Source of the DNA: Alphaproteobacteria bacterium | GTDB lineage: Bacteria; Pseudomonadota; Alphaproteobacteria; Rs-D84; CACZYB01 | DNA length: 64,000 nucleotides | NCBI GenBank assembly: GCA_017938435.1 | Contig: JAGBBO010000027.1 | Location: forward strand, 2,264 to 66,263 | Direction: 5' to 3' | Shown here: positions 41,236 to 49,679 of the stretch, in pieces | Layout: each line of letters opens with the position of its first letter | Position numbering within the stretch: position 1 is the first letter of the stretch | Notes under the pieces: model-generated | What the model was told of the DNA's origin: nothing | Databases searched by the model: none | The model's input: the letters and a program-made list of their open reading frames with translations, nothing else | Position numbers and translations under genes: made by a program

Positions 41236-42627
41236 ATGTTATTTTCATCTATGACTTTTATATTTTTATTTTTACCAATCGTTTGTTCACTATACTTGTT
41301 GGTAAAGGATAAGTTTAAAAACCATATTTTATTGATTGCAAGTATTTTATTTTATGCTTGGGGTGAACCAAAATATTTATCAATAATGCTTTTAACCATA
41401 ATAATAAATTATTTTGGGGCTTTTTACCTTGATAAATTTCCAAAATATAAAAAGGCAATTTTAACCACAACTATCATTGCGGATTTAGCATTTCTTATTT
41501 ACTTCAAATACTTTAATTTCATAATGGAAAACCTTAACACCTTATTCACATCTGATTTTAATTTTATTGATGTAGTAATGCCTATTGGAATTTCATTTTA
41601 TACATTCCAAGCCATGTCATATTTGATTGATGTTTATCGCGGAGATACAAAAGTTCAAAAAGATATTTTAAAGCTCGCCCTTTACATTTGTTTATTTCCT
41701 CAACTTATTGCGGGACCTATTGTGCAATACAGCGATGTTGATAAGCAAATTGATAACCGCGAGGAAAATTTTGAAAAGGTTGTCTATGGTGTAAAAAGGT
41801 TTATCATTGGACTTGCAAAAAAGGTTTTAATTGCAAATACTTTGGGTGCAGTCGCAGATAAAATTTTTGACACATCTGTATTTGAAGTTCAAACCAGTAT
41901 TGCTTGGATTGGTGCTATCGCTTACAGTTTTCAACTATTTTATGATTTTAGTGGATATTCAGATATGGCCATAGGTCTTGGCTCTATATTTGGTTTCAAA
42001 TTTTTGGAAAATTTCAACTACCCATACATTTCAAAATCCATCACTGAATTTTGGAGAAGATGGCATATTTCTCTTTCATCATGGTTTAAAAATTACCTTT
42101 ATATTCCTCTTGGTGGAAATAGAAAAGGAAAAATTCGCACCTATATCAATTTGTTTATAGTCTTCCTTGCAACTGGAATTTGGCACGGGGCAAGTTGGAA
42201 TTTTATCGTATGGGGTTTGTGGCACGGTATGTTTAACATAATTGAAAAACTTACAGGTTTTAATAAAAAAGAGGGTAAAAAAATAGCCATAGTTCAACAT
42301 ATCTATACTCTATTTATAGTAGTAATTGGTTGGGTAATGTTCAGGGCAAAAAATCTTACAAATGCGATTGAATATATTGAAAATATGTTTGGACTTTTCA
42401 AAAACTATCCAGCTTTCAAAATATCATATTACATAGATAATATTGAAAAAATAATGTTTATTGCCGCAATCTTATGTGCAATGCCAATATTCAAACATTT
42501 TGCGGAAAAGCCAAAAAATAAATATATTCATATTTTGGTTAATATTTGGATTATGATTTTGTTCTTCCTATCGGTTACATCAATCGCAGCATCAACATAT
42601 AATCCATTTATATATTTCAGATTTTAA
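41236..42627 (+). CDS. MBOAT family membrane-bound O-acyltransferase (AlgI/DltB/PatA-like)
   Basis: 463 aa multi-TM. Conserved His region WHISLSSWFKNYLYIPLGGNRKG. Confidence 0.85.
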   Translation: MLFSSMTFIFLFLPIVCSLYLLVKDKFKNHILLIASILFYAWGEPKYLSIMLLTIIINYFGAFYLDKFPKYKKAILTTTIIADLAFLIYFKYFNFIMENLNTLFTSDFNFIDVVMPIGISFYTFQAMSYLIDVYRGDTKVQKDILKLALYICLFPQLIAGPIVQYSDVDKQIDNREENFEKVVYGVKRFIIGLAKKVLIANTLGAVADKIFDTSVFEVQTSIAWIGAIAYSFQLFYDFSGYSDMAIGLGSIFGFKFLENFNYPYISKSITEFWRRWHISLSSWFKNYLYIPLGGNRKGKIRTYINLFIVFLATGIWHGASWNFIVWGLWHGMFNIIEKLTGFNKKEGKKIAIVQHIYTLFIVVIGWVMFRAKNLTNAIEYIENMFGLFKNYPAFKISYYIDNIEKIMFIAAILCAMPIFKHFAEKPKNKYIHILVNIWIMILFFLSVTSIAASTYNPFIYFRF

Positions 42628-42693
42628 AGGAATAAAAAAGATATTACCAAGACAAACAAAGAGAACTTTAATCATTTTTTTATAAAAATCTAG

Positions 42694-43422
42694 TTATTTT
42701 AGATTTTTCGTCATATTGTGTAAATGAGCATTTGTCATTTCTTTTTTTTCACCATCAATATCATACATATAACCTGATACAGCTTTACCATCTTTAAAAT
42801 TTACTTCTTCTTTTAAATTTCCATTATTATAATAGGCTTTGGACAAACCTTCCAGCTTACCATCTTTATAATTTTCTTCTGCTTCTAAATTTCCGTTTTC
42901 ATAATAGGTTTTGGACAAACCTTCCTCCTTACCATCTTTATAATTTACTTCTACTTTTAAATTTCCATTATTATAATATCCTTTGCCTAAACCTTCCTCC
43001 TTATCATCTTTAAAATTTTCTTCTGCTTTTAAATTTCCGTTTTCATAATAGGCTTTGGACAAACCTTCCGGCTTACCATCTTTATAATTTCTTTCTGCTC
43101 TTAAATTACCATTATCATAATAGAATTTGCTTAAACCTTCTAGTTTATTATCTTTATAATTTACTTCTTCCTTCAAATTTCCATTATTATAATATACTTT
43201 GCCTAAACCTTCCAACTTACCATCTTTATAATTTACTTCTACCTTCAAATTTCCATTATCATAATAACGTTTTACAATTCCTGTAATTGGCTCTCCTTCC
43301 AAATCACAAAGCATAAGAATTGCATTTTGAGAACAATCTTTAGTTTCATTTACATTATATTCTTTTGCATTAGCTGTAAATGATGTAATTAAAGCAAATA
43401 GTGTAATTATAAGTTTCTTCAT
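42694..43422 (-). CDS. MORN/YwqK-type repeat lipoprotein (8 tandem 23-aa repeats)
   Basis: Signal peptide. Repeats of YY-NGNLK-E-NYKDGK-EGL. The underlying DNA is a 69-bp tandem repeat array. Confidence 0.8.
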   Translation of the reverse strand: MKKLIITLFALITSFTANAKEYNVNETKDCSQNAILMLCDLEGEPITGIVKRYYDNGNLKVEVNYKDGKLEGLGKVYYNNGNLKEEVNYKDNKLEGLSKFYYDNGNLRAERNYKDGKPEGLSKAYYENGNLKAEENFKDDKEEGLGKGYYNNGNLKVEVNYKDGKEEGLSKTYYENGNLEAEENYKDGKLEGLSKAYYNNGNLKEEVNFKDGKAVSGYMYDIDGEKKEMTNAHLHNMTKNLK

Positions 43423-43562
43423 TTTTATATCTCCTGTTTTTATTTATCTTCCTATATTCTAAATCCTCTTAAATATACTTTCAAGGAAAAATAAAACTCC
43501 CCATCAAATGATGAATAACAAATTCTCACAAAAAAACGAAATAATATATTATAAAAAATATA

Positions 43563-43599
43563 GTAAAATCAATGAGTTAAGTTGGTGCAGATGGCCGGA
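43563..43599. repeat. attL: 37-bp direct repeat copy of the tRNA-Leu 3' end plus flank
   Basis: agtaaaatcaatgagttaagttggtgcagatggccgga matches 54296..54332 with one mismatch. Confidence 0.85.
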
Positions 43600-43941
43600 T
43601 TTCCGACATACCCAAAATTTACCCTAAAAAGCTTAGTTATCTAACAACCTCACTTTTTTATTTTCATCTAATGCAATACATCTTGCATTACATTTATTAA
43701 TTATAAACTAAAACAATACAATCGTAAACGTTTTTTTAAATAATACACATTATATATATTATAAGGGGGAGTACCCTAGAAGGGGAACCCCGGGGATACC
43801 TAATGGGGAGAGGGAACCCCTGGTACCTAGTATCTCGGATGTGTGATGTGGACCTGGAGCCCTAACAAAAAAATACTCAATTTTAAAAAGGCCCTTATAC
43901 GCGCGGAAAGATTTTTTAAAAGTCAAAATTTCACTAGGATA

Positions 43942-45105
43942 TTATTTATATTGTTTCATTAACTTTTCATAGTTGCTTAATGAATTATCAACCGCTTCAA
44001 TCATTTCACAAACCTTTTGTTTATCAATATCAAACTCAGATGCAACGGTAATAAAATCATCATTGGTAATATCTTTACCCTTACCATTTACCATTGTTGT
44101 TTGCTCTCCATTTATTCCAAACGAAGGTGTTAAATCGTATGCAGGAGCTAGTTTCCAATTATTATTCCTATCAATCAAATATGAAAAATTCTTTGTATGG
44201 TCATCCTTATTACCTGCTTTAACATTAAATATCATAAGACGAACCATTTTTTCAACTTCCTTAATATCTTTTGTTAAGACAAAAGTAAGTTTTAAAAGGT
44301 TTGTATAATCCATACTTGAAACACGAAAATCAGCATTAAGTAAACCACATGCAGTATGAGTATGAACTTTTTGATTTCCTACTCGGTCAAATCTTTTTAC
44401 ACCAAAATATCCACTGGAAATTTGTGATGGAAATAAATAAGTTTCAGGCATTTCAATACCTGCATCCTTTGCAATAAGTGAATAAACATACTCTTGAACA
44501 CCAAGGTTTTTATCATCCTGAGTATTTGAAAATTTTATAAGCCAATGTGAAAAATTATCAGGAAAATCCTTTGATGGAGAAAGTATTGTTTTTTTATCAT
44601 TAGATACCAACGCAACAATTTTTGGTCTTGCACCACCAGATGAACCATTTAATTTCAAAAGTTCATCAAGACCATTATTTGATTTATCAAGTAATATTTT
44701 CTTTGCATCTTGTGCCAAAAAATCCAAATTTACATCAGGCATATCATCAATATCTTCAGATGGTTCATATTCCAATGCTCCCATAGGATTATTACCCACC
44801 ATTGAAAGCCTATGAAGTGGCCTTATTGAATTAAATGACAAACCTTGTTTTTGTAATTTCCTATCAAGAAGTAAACACCCCCAACCATCCGGAAGACTAT
44901 CATTAAATACACCAAATAAACCACCAAAAATACTATTATCACCTTCAAATACTCTTTCCTGTAAAGGTAGTTTAAAAGGTGAAATTTCAATACCTTCCTT
45001 TATAAATTCAGGTGCATATTGAAAATAAATTTTTGCACCTATATCTTCCAATACACCTACAAATTTTCTTGAACCATAAGTATTAAGGTATACATTTAAT
45101 TTCAT
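43942..45105 (-). CDS. hipA: type II toxin-antitoxin HipA-family serine/threonine kinase toxin
   Basis: 387 aa. HipA N-terminal and C-terminal kinase-like regions. Overlaps the upstream HTH gene by 4 nt. Confidence 0.8.
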   Translation of the reverse strand: MKLNVYLNTYGSRKFVGVLEDIGAKIYFQYAPEFIKEGIEISPFKLPLQERVFEGDNSIFGGLFGVFNDSLPDGWGCLLLDRKLQKQGLSFNSIRPLHRLSMVGNNPMGALEYEPSEDIDDMPDVNLDFLAQDAKKILLDKSNNGLDELLKLNGSSGGARPKIVALVSNDKKTILSPSKDFPDNFSHWLIKFSNTQDDKNLGVQEYVYSLIAKDAGIEMPETYLFPSQISSGYFGVKRFDRVGNQKVHTHTACGLLNADFRVSSMDYTNLLKLTFVLTKDIKEVEKMVRLMIFNVKAGNKDDHTKNFSYLIDRNNNWKLAPAYDLTPSFGINGEQTTMVNGKGKDITNDDFITVASEFDIDKQKVCEMIEAVDNSLSNYEKLMKQYK

Positions 45106-45422
45106 TTTAATTTACCTCTTTTACGTTGTTTTACTTTAACAGGATTGATTAACGATACAGGTTTATCATCAGGTTTAAGTAAATTATCAAACTCATCCAA
45201 TACATTTAATATCAAAGCAATTTTTAATAATGCTTGTAATGATATTTCTCCACTATTTTCAAAACGTTTTAATGTTCCAAGTGAAACACCCGAACGTTCG
45301 GATAAACCTTCTTGTGTAAGGTTTTTATCCAACCTTTTTTGTTTAAACCGAAATGCAATTTCCTTTTGCACCTCTTGATTTGTTTTTAATAAATATGCCA
45401 TAATAGTCAATATATTATCCAT
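45102..45422 (-). CDS. hipB: HipB-like XRE-family HTH antitoxin/repressor
   Basis: HTH LTQEGLSERSGVSLGTLKRFENSG. Alternative start at 45401 (MAYLL...). Confidence 0.7.
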   Translation of the reverse strand: MDNILTIMAYLLKTNQEVQKEIAFRFKQKRLDKNLTQEGLSERSGVSLGTLKRFENSGEISLQALLKIALILNVLDEFDNLLKPDDKPVSLINPVKVKQRKRGKLK

Positions 45423-45466
45423 TAAATTGATTATTTATATATAATATACAATATATTATCCATTAA
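45408..45466. promoter_or_regulatory. two perfect 18-bp direct repeats (caatatattatccattaa) at the hipB start, a candidate HipB operator/promoter
   Basis: Copies at 45408..45425 and 45449..45466. They contain the TATCC core typical of HipB operators. Confidence 0.45.
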
Positions 45467-45501
45467 GTAAAGTAAAAAATAAAATATTCATTATATAATA
45501 T

Positions 45502-45536
45502 TAACTTCGTTTCAACTCGAACGAAGTTATTTTTTA
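45502..45536 (+). terminator. 10-bp perfect stem-loop plus T-run (terminator-like hairpin) in the hipB/methyltransferase divergent region
   Basis: taacttcgtt-tcaactcg-aacgaagtta-TTTTTT. Confidence 0.45.
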
Positions 45537-45763
45537 TACTAATGAAAAAATATTAAAAAAAAATTTTACATAATTTCCCCGTAAAATCAACAGGTTAGCA
45601 TTTTATATATAAAACAACTAATTCGGAGCCGTATGTTTTTAAAATTTTTACCCATTCTTTATATATAGAGGGTGAATTTTACCCTACTACAACTTTTGTT
45701 GTTTTACATCGTGAATAAGCTCTCCCCCTAATTTTTAAACAAAATTTTAAGGAAACATTTAAA

Positions 45764-46696
45764 ATGATTTTTAAAGATGATTTTGATAGAAATATTGAAG
45801 CAATACGTCTCGAAAGAGAGACTTTAGATAAACAACTCAAAGAAGAAGAGTCTAATAGCTCTCGAAATTCTTATGTAAAATTTACAAATGAATTAATCGA
45901 AAAATCTATTTTACTCTTAAGACTTGAGTTTGAAAAAATCAAACCTCTTTTGAATGAGACACCAAGTGCCCAGGGAGCAAGAACCGATATTGACTCTAAG
46001 GTTATGACAAAACAATTTGTCGAACAAATACTCAACCTAAAACACAAACAGGCTTGGGAAATCCAACAACTAACCAAAGAGTCTGTCGACCTTGCAATCG
46101 ATTACGCAAAAGAAAATAATATCTTAGCCACTCGTTCCTTAGCACTCAGATTACTTCAAAAAAATAAAAAAGAAGAGTCAATTCATATCAATCCATCCGA
46201 AATTTATGATGATGAAGAAATTATTGAAGAAAAAAGTCAAATCAAAAATAATACCTTATATAATGTAATATACATTGATTTGACTAATTCATACAATAAA
46301 AATGATTTGACTCATCTCCCTATAGCAGATGATGCAATTTGTTTTGTCTGGACCAAACCAAATGACTTATCAAAAGCATTATCTACTATAAATGAACTTG
46401 GTTTTGTATATCAAAATAGCCTCGTCTGGGATAAAGATATTAAAAATACAAATACTTATATCCAAAACCACCACGAGCTACTTTTAATAGGTTTAAAAAA
46501 TAAATATAAAATTAATCAAAATAATAAATTTATATTTGATTCAATTTATTTTGAACACCAAACAAACAAAACCACTAAACCAGACTATTATTATTCTTCA
46601 ATCGAAAAAATATGTCCAAACCAAAAATATTTAGAAGTCTTTTCTGACAGAAAATATAGCGAAAAATGGACTGTTTTCGGAGGTAAAAATGAATAA
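45764..46696 (+). CDS. MT-A70-like (Dam-like N6-adenine methyltransferase fold) protein with degenerate DPPW motif (YIDLTN), N-terminal coiled-coil
   Basis: Motifs VIYIDLTNSY / AICFVWT / LVWDKD / HELLLIGLKN / C-terminal KWTVFGGKNE align with MT-A70 family blocks. The catalytic PPW is lost. Confidence 0.55.
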   Translation: MIFKDDFDRNIEAIRLERETLDKQLKEEESNSSRNSYVKFTNELIEKSILLLRLEFEKIKPLLNETPSAQGARTDIDSKVMTKQFVEQILNLKHKQAWEIQQLTKESVDLAIDYAKENNILATRSLALRLLQKNKKEESIHINPSEIYDDEEIIEEKSQIKNNTLYNVIYIDLTNSYNKNDLTHLPIADDAICFVWTKPNDLSKALSTINELGFVYQNSLVWDKDIKNTNTYIQNHHELLLIGLKNKYKINQNNKFIFDSIYFEHQTNKTTKPDYYYSSIEKICPNQKYLEVFSDRKYSEKWTVFGGKNE

Positions 46697-47813
46697 TAAT
46701 ACAAATATAGTAAAATACCTATCCCTCTTTTCTTGTGGGGGGATAGGTACTTATCTATTAAAAGATATTGGTTTTAAATGTGCTGTTTCAAATGAATTGG
46801 ATATAGTCCGAGCTACATATCACCAAGATTTATATAAAGATGATAAAATGATTATTGGTGATATAAGAGAAAAGAAAAAGGAAATAATCCAATCCTATAT
46901 TGAAACTGGTTGTTCGGGAATATTAGCATCCCCTATATGTCAACCTTTTTCATTAGCTGGTGGTCAACATCTTAACGACCCGGAAACATTACTATTTTTG
47001 GATGTTTTAGATATTACCCAAGCTACAAATCCTGATTTTTTATTGATTGAAAATGTTCCTTACTTCATATCAGATAAACAATCTCCAATTATTACAAATA
47101 AATTGGGTGGTAAAACTATCAAACAATACATCACAGATTTTTTAACAAATCTTGGTTATGAAGTAAACATTAACAAAATAAAAGCATGTGATTATGGAAC
47201 CGCACAAAAAAGGGAAAGAGGAATAATCCTTGCATGTAAAAAGGAATTTGGTAAATGGAATTTTCCAAAGAAAGATGATAAAATTTTAACATTAAAAGAT
47301 GTTATAGGTAATGGAAGATTTAAATCACTGGAACCTGGTGAACGTGATAAAAATAATCCACTACACTATGCAGAATATGTTAATCCAGACCAAGCGGAAT
47401 GTTTAAGACATACACCAACCGGTCAATCAGCTTTATTAAATATTGGTAAATGGAAAATAAAAAATATCAACGGAACTGAATCAAAAGCTCAACATAAAAG
47501 TGCTTTTGGTAGAGCTAAATGGGATGAACCATGCCCAACTATTGTTATGTCTAGTGATAGTATAAGTGGTGATTGGTCTGTTCATCCTGGTTATAAAAAA
47601 CCTGATGGTACTTATTCCGACCCAAGACCTTTTTCCATTGCAGAACTTTTCGCAATTACCGGTCTCCCAGACACTTATTATAATGATATACCTGACTGGG
47701 CAAAAGGTAATCACAAACTTTTACGACAATTAGTTGGTGAAAGTTTTTGTCCTCTGGTTGTAAAAAGACTTATGCAAGAGTTGAAAAAAGTTTTACCAGC
47801 TTTTAAATCTTAA
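46689..47813 (+). CDS. DNA (cytosine-5)-methyltransferase
   Basis: Motif I LFSCGGIG, motif IV SPICQPFSLAGG, motif VI IENVP, C-terminal GESFCPLV. Starts 8 nt before the upstream gene's stop. Confidence 0.9.
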   Translation: MNNNTNIVKYLSLFSCGGIGTYLLKDIGFKCAVSNELDIVRATYHQDLYKDDKMIIGDIREKKKEIIQSYIETGCSGILASPICQPFSLAGGQHLNDPETLLFLDVLDITQATNPDFLLIENVPYFISDKQSPIITNKLGGKTIKQYITDFLTNLGYEVNINKIKACDYGTAQKRERGIILACKKEFGKWNFPKKDDKILTLKDVIGNGRFKSLEPGERDKNNPLHYAEYVNPDQAECLRHTPTGQSALLNIGKWKIKNINGTESKAQHKSAFGRAKWDEPCPTIVMSSDSISGDWSVHPGYKKPDGTYSDPRPFSIAELFAITGLPDTYYNDIPDWAKGNHKLLRQLVGESFCPLVVKRLMQELKKVLPAFKS

Positions 47814-47820
47814 ACGAAAG

Positions 47821-47853
47821 ACACCTCATATTAAATTATGGGGTGTTTTTTTA
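47821..47853 (+). terminator. rho-independent terminator after the C5-methyltransferase gene
   Basis: 9-bp stem acacctcat/atggggtgt (one G.U pair), 8-nt loop, T7. Confidence 0.75.
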
Positions 47854-48061
47854 TACCTAAAAAATTCCCGAAAGTCTGAATCAAAATTGAAGTCGGTTCT
47901 ACAGATTGTGCACATACATAGGATTTTGGGATATTTAAGGCTGTTAATCGCTTAAAAGTTAACAAAATCCGTTTGATTATAACAATAGGATTTACAACAA
48001 AATCCTTTGTCACTTTTATACCCTAATTTTTTAAAAATAATTATTTAAGGATTGCATAAAA

Positions 48062-48532
48062 ATGACAAACTTAAAAACTGAATTAATAAAATGGATTGAT
48101 AACACTTACAAGCCGAAATATCTTATGACAATACAACTTCCGGAAAATTTGAAGAGTAATAATCTTGAACATTCCATAAATCATTTAAAAAGTATTATGA
48201 GAGATTTTGAAAAATTTTTACTTAAAAGACATTGGAATAAAAAACATTTACCATTTATAGCATTTGCAGAAAATGGAATATCAAAGGATTGGCATTTTCA
48301 CTTGTTACTAAATGGTGATAACTTTTCATATATTGATTTAAAAATTGCAATATATAGGATAATTTTAAAACAAAAAATACCAACATATTGTATACAACTT
48401 GATAAAATTGAAGATGGTATAGCCAAAGTTGAATCCTACACAATTAAGGAAATAAAAATAACGGATTTTAATAAATTTGATAGTGATAGGATGATACTTT
48501 CACAAGATTTATTTAATATTGAAAAGAAATAA
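48062..48532 (+). CDS. small HUH-motif protein (possible Rep/relaxase-like or Y1-transposase-like endonuclease)
   Basis: KDWHFHLLLNG (His-hydrophobic-His-3 hydrophobic) followed about 60 aa later by ESYTIKEIK (YxxK). Preceded by a 7-mer repeat array. Assignment is speculative. Confidence 0.3.
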   Translation: MTNLKTELIKWIDNTYKPKYLMTIQLPENLKSNNLEHSINHLKSIMRDFEKFLLKRHWNKKHLPFIAFAENGISKDWHFHLLLNGDNFSYIDLKIAIYRIILKQKIPTYCIQLDKIEDGIAKVESYTIKEIKITDFNKFDSDRMILSQDLFNIEKK

Positions 48533-48638
48533 TCAATCCCTTTCTACCCCATATCAACGAAACAACCTTAGATTATAAATTATAAGCCAGAACTGTAACT
48601 ACTCAATTCTGGCTTATTTATGTGAATTTATGGAATGT

Positions 48639-48953
48639 TTAGTATTCTTCTGCTAACATAACAGTCATTACTCTAATGGTCTTTGTTATATCTGCAGGAT
48701 TATCTGAGTAGTATTGTAAATTCCGGTCATAATAATCAATTTTCCACATTATCTTTTCACCATCATACTCAAAACTTCCGTAATCGTGTTCATTGTATGG
48801 GTCATTTTTGTGGTTGAAATCATTGAACATCTTCACACTATCCAAGATTTCATTTATTGCTTTTTGCCCCTTACTGAAAATGCCTCTGGTCAACATCACT
48901 TTTCCACCTAAAAGGCTTTTACGGAAGTTATCATTTAATGTTATAATATCCAT
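48639..48953 (-). CDS. hypothetical protein, possibly DUF3768-like (mobile-element associated)
   Basis: C-terminus ...TIRVMTVMLAEEY resembles the DUF3768 family. From memory only. Confidence 0.35.
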   Translation of the reverse strand: MDIITLNDNFRKSLLGGKVMLTRGIFSKGQKAINEILDSVKMFNDFNHKNDPYNEHDYGSFEYDGEKIMWKIDYYDRNLQYYSDNPADITKTIRVMTVMLAEEY

Positions 48954-48955
48954 TT

Positions 48956-49084
48956 TTATATCCTTACAATTTCAGTTACTACAACATGACCACGTTGTTT
49001 TTCTGCTCTACATGCATTCATTGCATCACGAAGTTTATAGTAAATCGTAGGCATTAAAATTCCGTTTACTTTTATTTGAAACAT
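48956..49084 (-). CDS. small ORF (42 aa), translationally coupled within a three-gene operon
   Basis: Its ATG lies 1 nt after the upstream stop and its stop lies 2 nt before the downstream start. Below the ORF-track size cutoff. Found by reading the sequence. Confidence 0.25.
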   Translation of the reverse strand: MFQIKVNGILMPTIYYKLRDAMNACRAEKQRGHVVVTEIVRI

Positions 49085-49085
49085 C

Positions 49086-49337
49086 TTATCTAACCTCCAC
49101 ACTCAAGAATTTATTAAATCTACGCAAAGCCTGTTTAACTGATGTATGGCTTCTATTACCATAAGCATATTTATCTCCAGTTTCATATTCAGGAAGTATA
49201 TTTGCAATATTTTGAATAAGCATATCCAAGGAGATGTTTTCCTTTTTGCAAAGTCTTTCAATTCTGCCTTCATAATCTTTAGCAGTGTTGATTTTATAGT
49301 TGTTTTCGATTAACCAATTTTTAAATTTTTTAAGCAT
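49086..49337 (-). CDS. hypothetical small protein (83 aa)
   Basis: First gene of the tightly coupled minus-strand operon. Divergent from the RM gene. Confidence 0.35.
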   Translation of the reverse strand: MLKKFKNWLIENNYKINTAKDYEGRIERLCKKENISLDMLIQNIANILPEYETGDKYAYGNRSHTSVKQALRRFNKFLSVEVR

Positions 49338-49679
49338 TTTTAAACCCTTTCATTTTTGTTTTTACATATATAATTATGTCGTGTTGTTTTGGGTTTGTAA
49401 GCGAAAAAATGCATAAAAACGCAAGAAAAATAGCCATTTTTGAGTAAAAATTAAGAATTTTATAGGTTTGTATTGCTGGGAACACAAACCTTATTACATC
49501 GATGTAACAAACTTTACATTAATTATTTGTAGTGTAAAACTACGGACAAATTATTTGTTACTCATTTTAGGTGACAATTAGTTAACGTGTTTTATCCCGA
49601 AACATATAACAAAAATTTTGATTTTATTCATAAACTATGATATAATTTTAAAAGATAAAATTATTATTGGAGTTATCAA

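Noticed and set aside
45764-46696. Calling this gene an active Dam-like adenine methyltransferase
   Set aside because: The DPPW catalytic tetrapeptide is replaced by IDLT. Reported as an MT-A70-like protein with a degenerate active site.
48062-48532. Vsr (very-short-patch repair endonuclease) partner for the C5-methyltransferase, based on size (156 aa) and the W-H-x-H resemblance to the FWHGH motif
   Set aside because: It lacks the Cys zinc ligands and the PDFV catalytic block of Vsr. The HUH/YxxK reading fits better.
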